Positions 25,900 to 40,517 of a stretch of 64,000 bases of DNA are shown piece after piece. The DNA comes from Lobosporangium transversale (lineage: Eukaryota), in the NCBI RefSeq assembly GCF_002105155.1, contig NW_019028982.1, positions 620,001 through 684,000 on the forward strand, read 5' to 3'. A program made the translations under genes and the position numbers. Each line of letters starts with the position of its first letter. Position 1 is the stretch's first letter. The notes beneath the pieces were generated by a model. That model was not told the DNA's origin and ran no database searches. It saw only the letters and a list, made by a program, of their open reading frames with translations.

Positions 25900-26560
25900 C
25901 ATGTGTAATGCTCAGTAGTTGATAACTTTTAAGCAGTATCCGCTGTTGTCTTGAAATATGCAGTAGGAGTGTCCCTTCCATTTACGATGCAGTTCTCTCA
26001 AAGTTGGTTCCTCATCTTTGAGGGCAAAGACATTTCCGCCTTGATTAAAAGAGGCTTTATGCATGTCCACAGGTGCATGACTAAGGGTTTTTTCCAGCTT
26101 ATCGTCGTCGAATTGAAGCCAGGAATAGATGCAGGTCATTTAAGATCTTTATACCTTGGTATTGTTTCCGTCAACGGGCTTGCCAGTGTATCAAAACAAA
26201 GTTCATGGCAGTATCGCTGGGAGGGGTCCAATGGTATTATGGGTCTGTCTCATCATTGCTCCCGAGAAGGCACGAAACGCCTCCTCATAATGAGTCATAG
26301 GTGTTAGAAAAGCCACCTTTGTGCTCAGAATCTCGAAGGACGACATCGTTGTCGTCTTTACCCTCGGCTTCGACCTCATTAACCTATTGTATTTTGCAAA
26401 CAATGTTAATAAGCAAGACGAATTATCTTACAAATGTAAGAAGGCATAAAGGTCACATTCATTAGAGCTGCTATCTCAGTTCAATACGGCTTTCTGAGCC
26501 TTGAGATCATTGTAGAGTCCTTCGTCATCGGTGTCAGTCAAGTTGATAATTTCTTGATAA
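25900..26560 (-). pseudogene. Degenerate coding relic of unknown family
   Basis: Protein-like ORF pieces 26203-26403 and 25912-26139 lie in one frame, separated by several stops. Confidence 0.35.
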
Positions 26561-27135
26561 ATGCCATGCCATAGTGAATGTGATGTTGGCTATTTGGAGT
26601 GTTGAGGTGATCTCGATTGAAAATCTAAATGGTAGTTAGTAACTTTGGTCTTTTTTTTTTTGTTTTTTGAATCCTATTTGCTTTTATACATGGCTCTCTC
26701 AATACTTGTGAACTATCATTTTTACCTGCTGGAATTATGCAAACGCGACGACGCGCCATTGTCTTCACAACACGTCTAGGCATCAAAAAAAAAAAAAAAA
26801 AAAAAAAAAATCCAGCACGACAATATTCAGAACGCGCAGATAAAGCACAAGGTCCCTTGCCTATTTGTTTTCTTCATTGGAACAATGCGACAGATAAACA
26901 TTGATCTTTACTTTTTTTTTTTACAAAAGCGATTAGGTAATCTAGAATTCAAATCGTTTTTCCCGAAGGGCAAAGGGCAAAGGGCTGTCTATGCTCGTTC
27001 AAGGATGGTTAATGTCACGTGGGATGAAGAAGAGGTTTGTTCTTCGCGTCACACGGTTTTTCTTCTTCAATCCCTTAATCCATTTAATTCTTTTTTTTTC
27101 TAACCCAAACATCAATTAAACATCTCCAATTCACA

Positions 27136-27945
27136 ATGGCAGAATCTGACAAATTGCAAGCTTTTAATGACACTCTCAAAGAGTCCAAACATGTAAGTCT
27201 ATATGAACAACAATAGTTATTCTAATAAAATGATAAAAAAAAGTGCTGAACAATACAAAAACTAATTGTTCAAAAATTGTATGTTTCTTTCGTTCTTAAT
27301 TTATTACTTCATTAACAGGTCGTTGCCTACTTTACTGCTGTAAGGACTTGTTTAATAGATCCATAATATGTTTTTTTTTTTTAATATTGTGATTGGATGG
27401 GAAATTATGTTGTTGTTGATGAATAGCTTTCTTCTTTTACATTGTGTGTCTGTGTCGGCCGATCCAATAGCCTTGGTGTGGTCCATGCAAAGCAATCGGT
27501 CCCGAGTTTGAAAAACTCGTAGTTGAGTATCCCAATATCAAATTCGTTAAGGTAAATCAAAAAAAAGACATTAGCAATAATTCATAATTTATACATCAAC
27601 TTTGAATTCGATAGAGGAAGCGAAGTTGACATTTTTTTATTGCTATTCTACTGTTGCTTTAATAGGTCGACGTGGATGACCAAGTTGAGATTGCTCAAGA
27701 ATATGGAATAAGATCCATGTAAGTTTCTCTCATCTTTGTTTCAGATATCGTCATTATGCATCTTCATAACATCATTTATCTGTTTGCTCGCCTTGTGGTA
27801 TTACACCTAATGATTGACATCTCCAAACTATCCTAGGCCAACTTTCATTTTCTTCGTGGGCGGCCAAAAGGTTTTTGATCTCGTGGGTGCTAAGACCGAT
27901 CTGCTTAAAGAAGGGGTTGCTAGGCTCGCTAGCCTCCAGCAGTAG
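27136..27945 (+). CDS. TRX: Thioredoxin (106 aa, 5 exons)
   Basis: Exons 27136-27192, 27319-27339, 27471-27551, 27666-27718 and 27837-27945 give [111 protein letters not shown] active site present. Confidence 0.93.
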
Positions 27946-28637
27946 CAAGCTCTATGAAATTTGCCGGGATCATTTTAAGTGACGAGAACAAAATAAGGGT
28001 CTTTGCTAAATAAAAAAAGGTTGATTATCGTAAAAACCTCAACGTGGTTTATATATAGATATAGATAGGATGATGAAAAAAAAAAAAAAAAAAAAAAAAA
28101 AGAATCTAGTTTTTGCAATCGTGTGGAAGGGAACCCAGGATTGGTTTTATATACGTGTTTGAAAAGAGAAATTTACATATTACACCACTGCACAGATTTC
28201 AATAAATACTTCGGGGCATGTTGCTCAAAGCAATCTGCATGTTTATTTGTAAATACCCATTTATTGTGTTGGTGCCAGCGCATGTTTGTTTATGTATCTC
28301 CAGCCAATGGCCTTCAGAAGGCTCCATCAACTAATCTACTAGTCTACATGTGCAATACATTCTAATAACTGTTGTTTTGGTACTCAGCAGCCAACTAAGA
28401 CACTTACTAAATCTTTCCATCTTTCTTTTTTTTCCTCACTCACTGTCACACTTTTTTATTTTTTTCTTTTTTGTCAGCCCTCAAAACCCAGTAAGGGATA
28501 GCACACATTCAGGACTAATAAAATGAACATTGCCGTCCATAAACAACGCTACTAACAAACACTCAAATAAAACAACCCTTCTTTCTTTGGAATGAACAGA
28601 CCACAATCCAAAGGAGTGAACAGAAAGACAACGAGCC

Positions 28638-31600
28638 ATGTTTGGCACAACAAAGACTCCGGCAAGAAGTGCACTCTTGCCAACACAGGCTCTGAGACTC
28701 TTCAACTTCTATATGGAGGGCACTCGCACCATGAACGACGACAAGGGCATATTGACAGAACTATGCCTCGATGCTGGCTCTGTACTGGCTCGAATTCAGC
28801 AGCCTGCGAGAAAGGCCCTCGCCTCATTGTCTTCAGCTTCTTCAGCTTCGAATGGAGACATGGCATTGCGTCAAGGTATCGCCTTAGCCTACCATGAGCT
28901 TGCTCGCTTATTTGAGCATCTGGGCTACTCAGGTGAAGTTCACAGATATGATAGGAAAGCTGAGAAATGGGGATACATCCAAGGAAGCAGCAACAATAAC
29001 AGCGATAACAGCGGCAGTGGCAACAATACCAACAGTAGCGAGGAAGAAAGCACCAGAACAAGTGGCAGTAGAACTGAGGCAGTTCCAGCACAATTCATTG
29101 CAACTATCTCAAAGGATATATTCAATCACGATGAACCTCCAACAATGGTCAGGCACAGCTTACCAGAACCTGGAGCTCACCTGAATAATATCCACCAGCT
29201 TACATATTGCCTTAGTCTACTTCCTACTATTCCTGTTCTACCAAATGATCTCAATGAAAATGAAAGGAAGTGGCGCCAGGCCTTATCGAACGATCAGGAT
29301 GAGTGTAAGCGACTGCATAAACTTGCCTGGGATGTAATTGGGTTATTCGCCAGCGATGAGATCAAGACCGAAGCGACTATTGCTGAGGTCGTGTCTCTGG
29401 CCCCAGCTCTTGATCAAGATCAGTTCAGGACACTGCTTATGGCTTTGGTTAATGGGATCGGCCGGAATATGATATTGAAGCCCCATTTACTGGAAGGATT
29501 GGCTCAGTTGATCCAGCATGCTCCTCCTGGTTATCTCGACTCGGATGATCTTGTCTTAACTCTCAATACTCTCAGTTCCCGCTTACGAGGCACACATACT
29601 CAATCTGATGATCACCTCTGTCGCCTATCTGCTGCTGTCTCAGATGTGCTTGATGCCATGGTCAGTAACCAGGTCAAAGGCCTAAAGCGCGAACAACTCC
29701 ATGAACCACTTGCAATATACCTCAAGGAGCTGAAAGCCAACTCCGATCCATATTTAGTCTATCAAGCAGCTTATGCCTTCCAAGCTCTACAATATGTTCC
29801 AGACAACGAATCAACAGTGCAAGCCATGCTTCGACGGACATCGGCAGTACTCCGAGGAGTGTTTGGAGCATTAGGTGCAGTCAAAAGCTTAGATCTGAAA
29901 GTCTTCATGGATGAGATAAGCAACATCCAGAAAGAACTTCCTTCTGTAACAGGCGCCATTGATATGAGTCTGAAAGTATACACTGGTGCAACCTCACTAT
30001 ATGAGGGTGGGACGACATTTAGACAGTGTATGGAAGAAGGACTTAGCTTTAGTCACAAGTCAGCATGGTATCCAGCACTGCGTGGAGCTGATGCACTACT
30101 CCAGAGAGGCGAGTTCACTAAGTTCAAGACTCTTGTGTGTGAAGCACCCTGTCGAAATGAAGCAGCATTCCAATGGGGATTATGTCAGAGACTAGGATGG
30201 ATCGCGGCTGATACACGGTGGACCATAAATACTCGACAAGATGCCATCACATTTCTAGGAGAGATCTACAAGAATGACCAAGAATGGAGTGACCATGAAC
30301 ATGTCAAACAATGGATCATACACATCCTTAGTAGGCTATCTTCATTATCACCAGATTTCCTACAAGGTGTGTGCTTCATTCTTTTCTGTATATATGGCTG
30401 ATGAAAGCGCTGGCAGCACCCTGCATATGGTGATTAACTCATTTGTTACATACATCCTCTTTCCCGCTTTTACTTTCAGCCATAGCTGCTCTCTTGAATG
30501 ATCTTAAGACGGATGGAGACGTCAAAAAACGAGAACTATATAAGAAATGCCTCCAGGAGTCAATGATCCAACACTCCTTCATCTCCACACTTACTCCATC
30601 TACAGCTTCACATTTACTTGGCCGCGCGCAAAAGAGGCCTGATGTCGAGGATAGTCTACGGCAACTAAAAAAACACCGGATTGAGGTTGGAAATGACCAA
30701 GAGTTCTACATCCCACAATATGCTAAAGCAAGCCCTCAAGCAAAGGATGACAAGTTATTCTTACTGATGAACAAGGTGAAACAGTTTCTGAATAGTAATC
30801 AGAAAGTGCTACTTGTCCAAGGAGATTCAGGAGTAGGCAAGTCCACATTCAACCGCACTTTGGAGCGCACGCTCTGGGATGCATACCAGAAGGGAGATGG
30901 TCGGATCCCATTGTTTATTAATCTTCCAGCCATCGACAAGCCAGAAAAGCAGCTAGTCGCGAAGCAGTTGCGAGACTATGGCTTTACAGATCCACAGATC
31001 AAAGAACTGAAGACGAATCGGTCATTCATCCTGATATGCGATGGATATGACGAGAGCATGCAGACCAATAATTTGTATGTAGCCAACCGGTTGAACCAGC
31101 CTGGAGAATGGAAGGTCCAGATGGTGATTAGCTGTCGCAGTGAGTACCTTGGATTGGACTATCGAGATCGCTTCCAACCTATGAATCGCAATCACCAAGC
31201 GGATGTTGGATTGCTTGAAGAGGCTGTGATCATGCCATTCTCTGAGACTCAGATCGACGATTATATCGAGCAATATGTCGATACCATGGATCCAATGTGG
31301 CATGCGGAGGACTACCGGCGTGCTCTCAAAATAGTACCCGGCTTACATGACCTTGTGAAGAACCCATTCATGCTATCGATGTCGCTACAAGTTCTACCAC
31401 GTATGGTAGATCCAAATCAAGACATCTCCAACACCAAGATCAAACGTGTCATACTGTATGACCAGTTCGTTGAACAGTGGCTCGAACGAGGCAAGAAACG
31501 ACTAGGCGAGACACTAAGGCCAGAAGATAAAAGAATGTTTCACAAACTATTGGATGAAGGGTTTGCACACAATGGGATCAAGTACCTTACGGAGCTAGCT

Positions 31601-34600
31601 GCAGCGATCTATAAGCATCAGGACGGCAACCCAGTCGTGGAGTACTCATCATACAAAGACAAGAACACATGGAAAGAAAGGTGCTTTAGCAACGAGAATG
31701 GAAGGAACTTACTACGCGATGCTTCTCCCTTGAACCGTACAGGCAATCAGCATCGGTTTATTCATAAATCTATTCTCGAGTACAGCCTTGTACGTGCGAT
31801 CTTTGAGCCACAACTAGCAATGAGCGCTTCTGCAAAGGATGGAGAAGGAAAGGCAACAGCTTCAACCTCTCGTCGACAGAGCGTTAGCTCAATGTATAGT
31901 TTTGAGGGCATGAAGATCAGTGAAGACGAGCAGGAAGTCGATCCAGCCAAAGTTGATGAGAGATCACCTTTGGTATGGAGAAGCTTTGTAGATGAGCCAT
32001 CTATTCTTCAATTCCTGGAGGATCGTGTCTGCCTTGAGCCAGCATTCAAGCAGCAACTGTATACATATGTAGAGCTCTCAAAGAGCGATAGCAAGTGGCG
32101 GATAGCAGCAGCCAATGCGATGACAATCTTGGTTCGAGCAGGCGAACCATTCATCGGGACAGATTTGCGAGGCATCCAGATTCCAGGAGCAGATCTCAGC
32201 CGTGGTATTTTTGAGTATGCTCAGCTTCAGGGAGCAGATCTGAGGAGGGTCAACTTAAGGAAATGTTGGCTTCGTGAAGCAGACTTGAGTGGGGCAAAGA
32301 TGGCAGGTGTGCAGTTTGGTGAATGGCCACTGATGGAAATAGGTGGCAAAATATTGGCTGGAGCAGCTTCATCTGATGGCAAGACAGTTGCTGCAGGTAT
32401 CATAAATGCACCAGATGAGCCATATAAATATTCAATCGCCATGTATGACATATCAACACGGAAGAAGCTTCTAGCTCTGGGGACCGATGCAACTGTCTAC
32501 GTATTGTTATACTCGCCAGACAGCCGCTATATCGCCTTCTGGCATACTGCTGAAAAAAAAGTTTCGGTTTGGGATACAATATCAGGAGGATTGATTTCGT
32601 TAGACCATACAGAGAGAACTGGCCGTGTAGTGTATTCGCCAAGCGGAGATCATCTTGCAGTGGGTAGTGAGTCGTCAGTGTGGGTGTGGAACACCCAATC
32701 AGGCTTGCTCAAATACACATTGGAGGGTCATACTGATACTGTGGAGTCTGTGGCATATTCACCTGATGGACTTCATATCGCGACTGGTAGCCGTGACAAG
32801 ACATTCCGACTGTGGGATGCGATATCAGGGCAGCAGTTGATGGTGATGGATCATGAGTCTGCTGTTCTGGAAATTCTATATTCACCTAATGGCCAGCAAT
32901 TCATAGTTCATAATGCAAAGAGTTATCGCCTGCAAGTGTGGGATGTTGCATCACTTCAAAAAAAACTCGACTTGAAGCATGAATCCTTCATCGCAGGCAC
33001 CCAGTATTCACCTAAAGGAAGATTCGCTTCAATCAGCAATCAGAAAGTATATCAATGGGATATGCAAACAGGAAAACCTCTCCATATTCTTGAAGGACCT
33101 TCCGATCAGATCACTCGCCTAAAGTATTCACCAAACGAAGAACAGATAGTCGCTTGCGTTAGTGACTACACAATATGGATTTGGAACACGATATCAGGGC
33201 AACTCATAAATATACTTTATGGTCACTCTCGTGTAATAACGTATTTGACATATTCACCAGACAGTCAGCAAATTGTATCCTTAAGCTTGGATAAGACGAT
33301 ACGCTTTTGGGATACTCGACCACAACAATCTAACCATGGCTCACATGGCCATTTGGCAATGATCCGGAACATTAGGGCCTCACCAGATGGGAGGCAGATA
33401 GCTTCAATCACTGAGGATGCTACAGTACGCTTGTGGGATGTACGGACAGGATACTCAACCCATACTTTACAGAGCAGCAATATGATTAGAGGCGAAATTA
33501 TGTATTCACCGGATGGTCAGTTGCTTGCTTCCTCATATAAGTCAGGGGCCTACCTTTGGAATGTTCAAACAGGTCAAATCGCCCACACCTTGGAGCTCCA
33601 AGACAACGGCCTCTGGTGGTTTGATTTCTCACCTATTGGCCACCAAATTGCCTCTGTTCATGAGTCTGGAGAGATAAATATATGGGATACACAAACAGGA
33701 ACGCTTTCCTACACTCTACAGAGCAATGGTGTGTTTCCTTTGTATGCGGAATTTTCACCTGATGGTTGTCAGCTCGCTTCGTGTAGCGCGGAAGACGATA
33801 CTCTCAGAGTCTGGACTGTTCATTCATGGAATCTTCAATATGCAGTAAAGCTCGAAGTAGAAAGCTACTTTTTTGAATACACACCTGACAGTCGAAAGAT
33901 TGTAATCTACCCCTGCCAATTCGATATGTGTCTGCAAGTACTAAATGCAGAGACAGGTGAGCGCTGTTACATAGCGCAGAGTGAAGGCTGTAGAGGAAGA
34001 GCGGCATTTTCACCATGTAGTCGATGGATGGCTTTTGGGCCAAGTGATAAAATCTTAGTGATTGATTTGGAATCGGGAGCAGTGCTGCATAGGCTTGAAG
34101 GCAATACCTATAAGATCGTTGCGATATCTTATTCGCCTGATGGAAGGTATTTTGCCTCATCTAGTTCTAATGGATCGGTACAAGTGTGGGACTCAGAGAC
34201 AGGCCAGCGTTTGGTTGAAATCTTATCTGAAGATGGGATTGTTAAGGCGTTTGTATGGAATATCTTTGAAGGAGGCTACTTTCTGGTCACAGGATGTGCA
34301 GATGGCCTTATTCGGATGTGGCAGATTGTGCAGGAGAACAATCAATATCAGTATTACTTGAAATGGAGCACCAAACAAACAACTCTTAATGCTCGTAACA
34401 CAGTTATTCAAGATGTAGTTGGATTGGATGAAGTCAACAGAGAGCTCCTGAAGCAACGAGGAGCTATAGACGAGCAATCCCTTTCATTGGTCACACAAGA
34501 GACATCTCAGTATATTGAAGCGACGCCACCAATGACATCCAACTCCAAGGCTTTCTCCAGTCAAGTGGATTATCATCAAGACCCAGTGGAAACAGATTCA

Positions 34601-34741
34601 GAGGAAGTGATTTTGAGAGAAGGGATATCGCTGACACCACCAACAGGGCCAAGTAGATCGATCAAAGACTATAAGTTCAAATACAGCTTGTGCAGCAAAT
34701 GTAATTTTGCACATGTCATTTCATGCAGACCTCACGGCTGA
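28638..34741 (+). CDS. NLR-like STAND protein: helical/Arm-like N-terminus, NACHT, pentapeptide repeats, WD40 repeats (~1996 aa; intron 30367-30479)
   Basis: Walker A GDSGVGKS; Walker B FILICDGYDE; HRFIHKSILEY winged-helix motif; pentapeptide run DLRGIQIPGADLSRGIFEYAQLQGADLRRVNL; many GH...YSPDG...WD repeats. A phase-1 GT-AG intron joins the two ORFs. Confidence 0.92.
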
Positions 34742-35427
34742 AAAGATCAATAAATAAGGCACCATTAGACTTAAAATTGAAAGGATGTTTGTGTCTTTTG
34801 AATAAAGTCTTGTCGAAAGTGGTTTTTATGATTATAGAGCCAAATATGACACAAAATAGTTTAAGCTAATACATTTTCCTTCAAGTTCGTGCTTTGGAAT
34901 ATGTTTTATCCTTCTCGAAAAAGAGCAGAGTGGGAGCAGACTTGGCATCCCTTTGTTAACGTTTCTTCCTTTTCTTTTGTTTAATTTGTATCATATGCGC
35001 CATCTTTTACGGATGTCAATTCATCCATTTTTATGAACAATTTCACTGCGTATTTATTCATAATAACCCATTGTCCATCGGAACAAGAGCCTTAAGTCAG
35101 CTCTATAATGAAGCTGCTGACAGGCCAAGTCCCATCTAGGCATAAACAAAAAAAAAAAAAAAAAAAAAAACATAAGGAATTGTATTAAGCAAAAAGAGTA
35201 AGTAGACTAGCGAATCTCGATATAGCACATTAAAGAGACATGATTGCCATTGAGGAGTTACGCGAGGGGGAGGGAGACGACACTTATGTTGCTTTATTCA
35301 TCCATGCAAAGGTTAATGTTATTCCCTATCTTTCTTTTTTTTTTTTTTTTTATAAATATACATATGGCTCTTACGCTTCTCGCACATGAACATCCTCCAC
35401 AGATCCATCATTTAGCCAAAGGCCACT

Positions 35428-36686
35428 TCAAGAACGAGTATATGGGTACAGGTCGGCAAAAGGATCGTCATTCGCATCTTTATGCCAGGAGTATTCAATA
35501 AAGTTGGAAACATTCTGTGCATTCGCAAGGCTTGTAAACTCTGAGAGTATGTAGAGAGCAGCATCCATGCCTAATTATTGATATTAAAGCATATATCAGT
35601 TAACATCACTTTACATTATAATGCCAATACTCAGGTACAAATGATTGTGTTCTAGCTATCGCTTAATTAAGTCCCCTGTCCACTGTACCAGCAGATACTC
35701 CTGAAGAGGTGACATATTTCCCATCTTGAACCCAGCGTGCTCGCTTAATCCAGTTGACCTTCGCATCTTCTATAGTATAAAGAGTGAAGCCCATGTCAGT
35801 CAAGTGGACGGCGTCTATCGGACACTATCCAATCAAATCACTACATCAATCAGGAAAAGAAAAAAGAGCTACCTGAATTTTTTACGACCCATTCGAAATC
35901 CATCTTATTGGTACTATTTATAATGGATGAAGGGCATTCAAGGTGGTTAGTATTATAGCTTCATTTAGACTGCTAGTAAAAAAAAAAAAAAAAAAAAAAA
36001 AGTGGCGCCTTCAATAGGCTCGTACGTCATATTGTAACCATCCATGAGGTCGGTCTTGGCTAACACCGCAGATCCAACACAGACAGTCATTGTCCAGGTC
36101 GATTCCTTGACACGCTTAGTGACCTGCCGCATAATCTTTGTAGAGTTCATAACAGGAATAATCCCGGGACCTTTTTATGACAAAGAGGCAAAGGGTGTTG
36201 AATTAGAAAAAACAAGGAAATAGACATTTAAATATTTTAACACCTAATAAAAGATATCACATCTGTTTTACCTCCAGGGATAAAGAACAAGTCCATCTTG
36301 GGTGCATTGCTGAGAGTATACTTGGGAGTGAGTAACACACTTTGTGCAGTCTTGACAGGCTTCAGAGAAGTTCCGATAAAATTAATCTTGATGTCAAGGT
36401 TGTTAAAAGGCGCACCGAAAATCTCCATTGGGCCTGTAATCTGTAAGAGCGGTTAGAATAGTTAATAGAAAAAAAGAGACACAGGTAAGTTCAGTCTATT
36501 TTTTTTTACAGCACTTACGTCTAACAACTCTGCATTGTCGAAAATAAAAGCACCGAGTTGGATTGTACCCATATCCTTGGGAACCTTGGGGAAAGGGCCA
36601 TGGTACGCAGCGTCACTCAAAAGTGAAAAAGCGACATTGATTGAGGTGGCAATAAGGAAGATGGAAAACGAACTAAAGTGCTTCAT
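35428..36686 (-). CDS. Secreted DJ-1/PfpI (ThiJ; isonitrile-hydratase-like) protein, copy 1, multi-exon
   Basis: Signal peptide; spliced motifs ELLD|ITGPMEIF, DLFFIPGG, nucleophile elbow TVCVGS, KRARWVQDGKYVTSSGVSAG and MDAAL...IEYSWHKDANDDPFA. Confidence 0.85.
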
Positions 36687-37228
36687 TGTTGGGGAAATAG
36701 TCGGCTGTAGAGTTGAGTACTGCTTTTACTTGATTATTTGGTTGATTGCTTGATTGTCTGTTGTCTACGAGGAGGGATGACCAGTTATTTATACTATCTC
36801 GTTAGACATAATAGTTTCTTCATCTACTTGAATGAATAACACTCTTGTTGTTACGCCTTGATCCTTACAACCATTTGTCTGCGACCTGCACAGTACTGAC
36901 ATCGTACTGCCGATAAAAGAAAAAAAAAATTGAAGAACAAAAGAATGACAGGAAGAATGAAAGGAAGCGAGCGCCGCATCGGCAATAATTTCTAATTTCA
37001 TGCATCATTATATTAGCTTGTTTCCGAAGCATGCTCCGAGAGCGACCTCATTGGTGACCTTGTCATTTTTGACAAACCCTCATTTGGGAGTGCTACAATC
37101 TCGCTGCGCTGTAATCTAATCGAGTGTGTGAATGTTTCACAATAACTTCATCAATTGTTGGCGTCGTATTCAAATTGACTAATCGATGGCACGTTGTCAC
37201 ACTCAAAAAAACCCTCTGCGGCCCGCGC

Positions 37229-37259
<31 letters not shown>

Positions 37260-38278
37260 TTTCCTCTCTCATAAAGGCATCACGAAAACTGGTTGGGGTC
37301 CTTGGCCTGTCCAAAGGAGCAGTAATAATAATAGTAATAGTAATTTGTCATTTGTTTATTTGTTCCTCCAATAAAGGAAGTTGTCTCGATCAGTACAGGT
37401 ACGGAAGCCTCCTATTTTCTTGAACGTCCTTGCAAAGCACTTTGCTTTCTGTTGCTACCGATCAATAATGAAAATTCCAGTGAGAAGCGATCCGGTAAAT
37501 GTGTCTTTCTACGTCACAATACAATGCAATGATAAAACAAACGGTGATGATGGGTTATGGATTGAAATCGGATGCCATCAGACAACGTGTTCTTTTATTC
37601 TGAATGAGAGAGAGGATGGGCCCATTGAGCCTTGTCCATAGAGTCAAAAAAATAATCTAACGTTCCAGTGTGAGAATAAAATGAGTCATTTTTATTGGTT
37701 CATCCGTTCTGTTTCTTCTACTTCCTCTCCTTTGATTCTTAGCCGATCCTGGAGTGCTTACATAATTATGTTGATGACTTCGCAGAAAGCTAGTGACCTT
37801 GCCAACCAATATGTTATAATACTTTTGGTATCATTTCTCGATATACCACACAAATATGCCTTGGCTTATTGCTGATTTCCTCCCCATGGTATACAATATG
37901 CGACCTCTACGCTGATCGGGACGCGTAAGTCATGGTGGTGTTAGGATGTAAATGGGGAAGGAGGAGGAAGTGTTTGGATATGGCATTCTGTCTTTCGAGG
38001 AAGATCAATGAAATGGGACGGAAGAAGCTGCACTAAGAAGCGAAAAGAGTAAGCAGACTGGCGAACCTCGATGTAGCATGTCAAAAGATGCGATTGACAT
38101 GGAGGAGTTGTGTGAAGGAAAAGCTTATAGTGGGACGACATTTTAAATTTCTTTATTGTTTCCTGTTTTTTTTTTTTTTCTCCTTTATATATATAGCCCC
38201 TACGCTGCTCGTACATGGACATCCTCCACAGATCCATCATTTGATATAGAGGCTCGCGAGCATCATTCAAGGGCCATT

Positions 38279-39524
38279 TCAAGAACGAGTTTAGGGATAC
38301 AGATCAGCAAAAGGATCATCATTCGCGTCTTTATGCCAGGAGTATTCAATAAAGTTGGAAACATTCTGCGCATTCGCAAAGCTTGTAAACTCTGAAAGAA
38401 TGTAGAGAGCAGCATCCATGCCTAATTATTGATATTAAAGTATATATTAGTTAACATCACTTTATACTATTATGTCAATGCTCAGGTATAAGCGATCAAA
38501 TTCCTGTCCACTGTACCAGCAGCTACTCCCGAAGAGGTGACATATTTCCCATCTTGAACCCAGCGTGCTCGCTTAATCCAATTGATATTCATGCCCTCTA
38601 AAGTGTGGAGAGTAAAGTCCATGTCAGTCAAGTGAACACTATCTATCGGACACTGTCCAATCAAACCACTACATTAGTGGAGAAAAAAAACCCCCAAATT
38701 ACTTGAATTGTCTACGATCCTTTGGAAAGCTGCCTTATTGGTACTATATATAATGGATGAAGGGTACTCAGAGTGGTTAGTATTATAGCTTCATTTAAAC
38801 TGCTAGTAGGAAAAAAAAATGTTGCTTTCAGTAGACTCGTACGTCATATTGTAACCATCCATGAGGCCGGTCTTGGCTAACACCGCAGATCCAACACAGA
38901 CAGTCATTGTCCAGGTCGATTCCTTGACACGCTTAGTGACCTGCCGCATAATCTTTGTAGAGTTCATAACAGACGCAATCCCAGGGCCTTTTATGACAAT
39001 GACGACAAAAGATGTTATATTAGAAGAAAGCAAGGAAATAGATACGCCAATAACTCAATAGCTAATAGAGAGTCTCATTTCTATTTACCTCCAGGAATAA
39101 AGAACAAATCCATCTTGGGTGCATTGCTGAGAGTATACCTAGGAGTGAGTAACACGCTGTGTGCAGTCTTGACAGGCTTCAGAGAGGTTCCGATAAAATT
39201 AACCTCGATGTCAAGGTTGTTAAAAGGCGCACCGAAAACCTCCATGGGGCCTGTGATCTATAAGAGCGGTTGTAACCATTAAAGAAAAAGGAAACGTGTC
39301 AATTACAAAATACATTCCTGGTCACGTAAAATAAAAGACGGATAAAGGCCACTTACGTCTAGTAAATCTGCGTTGTCAAAAATAAAGGCACCGAGTTGGA
39401 TTGTACCCATATCCTTGGGAACCTTGGGGAAAGGGCCATGGTACGCAGCGTCACTCAAAAGTGAAAAAGCGACATGGATTGAGGTGGCAATAAGGAAGAT
39501 GGAACACGAATTAAAGTGCTTCAT
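38279..39524 (-). CDS. Secreted DJ-1/PfpI protein, copy 2 (tandem paralog)
   Basis: Same exon structure and motifs as copy 1 (DLLD, TVCVGS, WVQDGKYVTSSGVAAG, DDPFADLYP). Confidence 0.85.
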
Positions 39525-40480
39525 TGCTGGGAAGTAGTCAACTGTAGAGCTGGGTGTTGCTTTTGTTTGATTTTCTGTTGTCTGTGGGGAGGGATGGGCG
39601 GTTATTTATACTATCTCATTAGATATTGCTGCGTACTTCATGTAACGTTTGTCCACAACCTCATTAAAGAAATGTGCTATTTCAAATCTAAAAAGTATAC
39701 ATATTCGTGTTACACTCGTGTATTACCATATCCAATATGGATACTTTGGATACATGTTCAACATGGATATGTCTTACCCATATCACTCATAGACATATAT
39801 GTAGTTATGTTTTTGGCACCTCTTTGATAATAACTTCGATAAATGCTCCATGAGTGGGGTGTGTAGAACATCTTATTCCCGCTTACTTTACAATTTGTCT
39901 ACTCATCCGTTAAAAACTTTTCAGACATAAAAGCCTCTTCTTCATTTTCTTGAGCGAATAATACTCTTGGCGTTAAGTCTAGATCCCTCATTTCCGCAGC
40001 CATTTGTTTGCGGCCCGCACAGTGTTGGTATCGTATCACCCGCAGAAAAAAAAAAAAGAAAAAACGAAAGAAAGCGCCACATTAGCATAATTTCATGCAT
40101 CATTTATTAGCTTGTTTCCAAGACATGCATCGAGAGCGACCTCATTGGTTACCTTGTCATTTTTGACAAACTCAACTTTGACATACTTTGACAAGTGCTT
40201 TAGTGTACATGTCATGTAAGGAGTGTTACAATCTCGCTGCGCTGTAACCTAATCAAATGTATGAATGTTTCACAATACTCCGAAGCGATGGCACGTTGTC
40301 ACACTCAAAAAAACCCCCCTTTGCGGTCCACACATTTTATATTTTTGTTTTTCCCATCTTTCCTCCTTCATGAAGGCATCAGGACAACTGACTCGGGTTC
40401 TAAGTCTATCCTAGAAAATAATGACAATAAGAATAGTAATATGTCATTTGTTTATTCCTCCAACAAAGGTTGACCTTTTA

Positions 40481-40517
<37 letters not shown>

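Noticed and set aside
26740..27050. Clusters of ACGCG/CGCG upstream of both thioredoxin genes (also ~23760)
   Set aside because: Short motifs that could be MCB-like, but cannot be separated from chance or duplication without conservation data.
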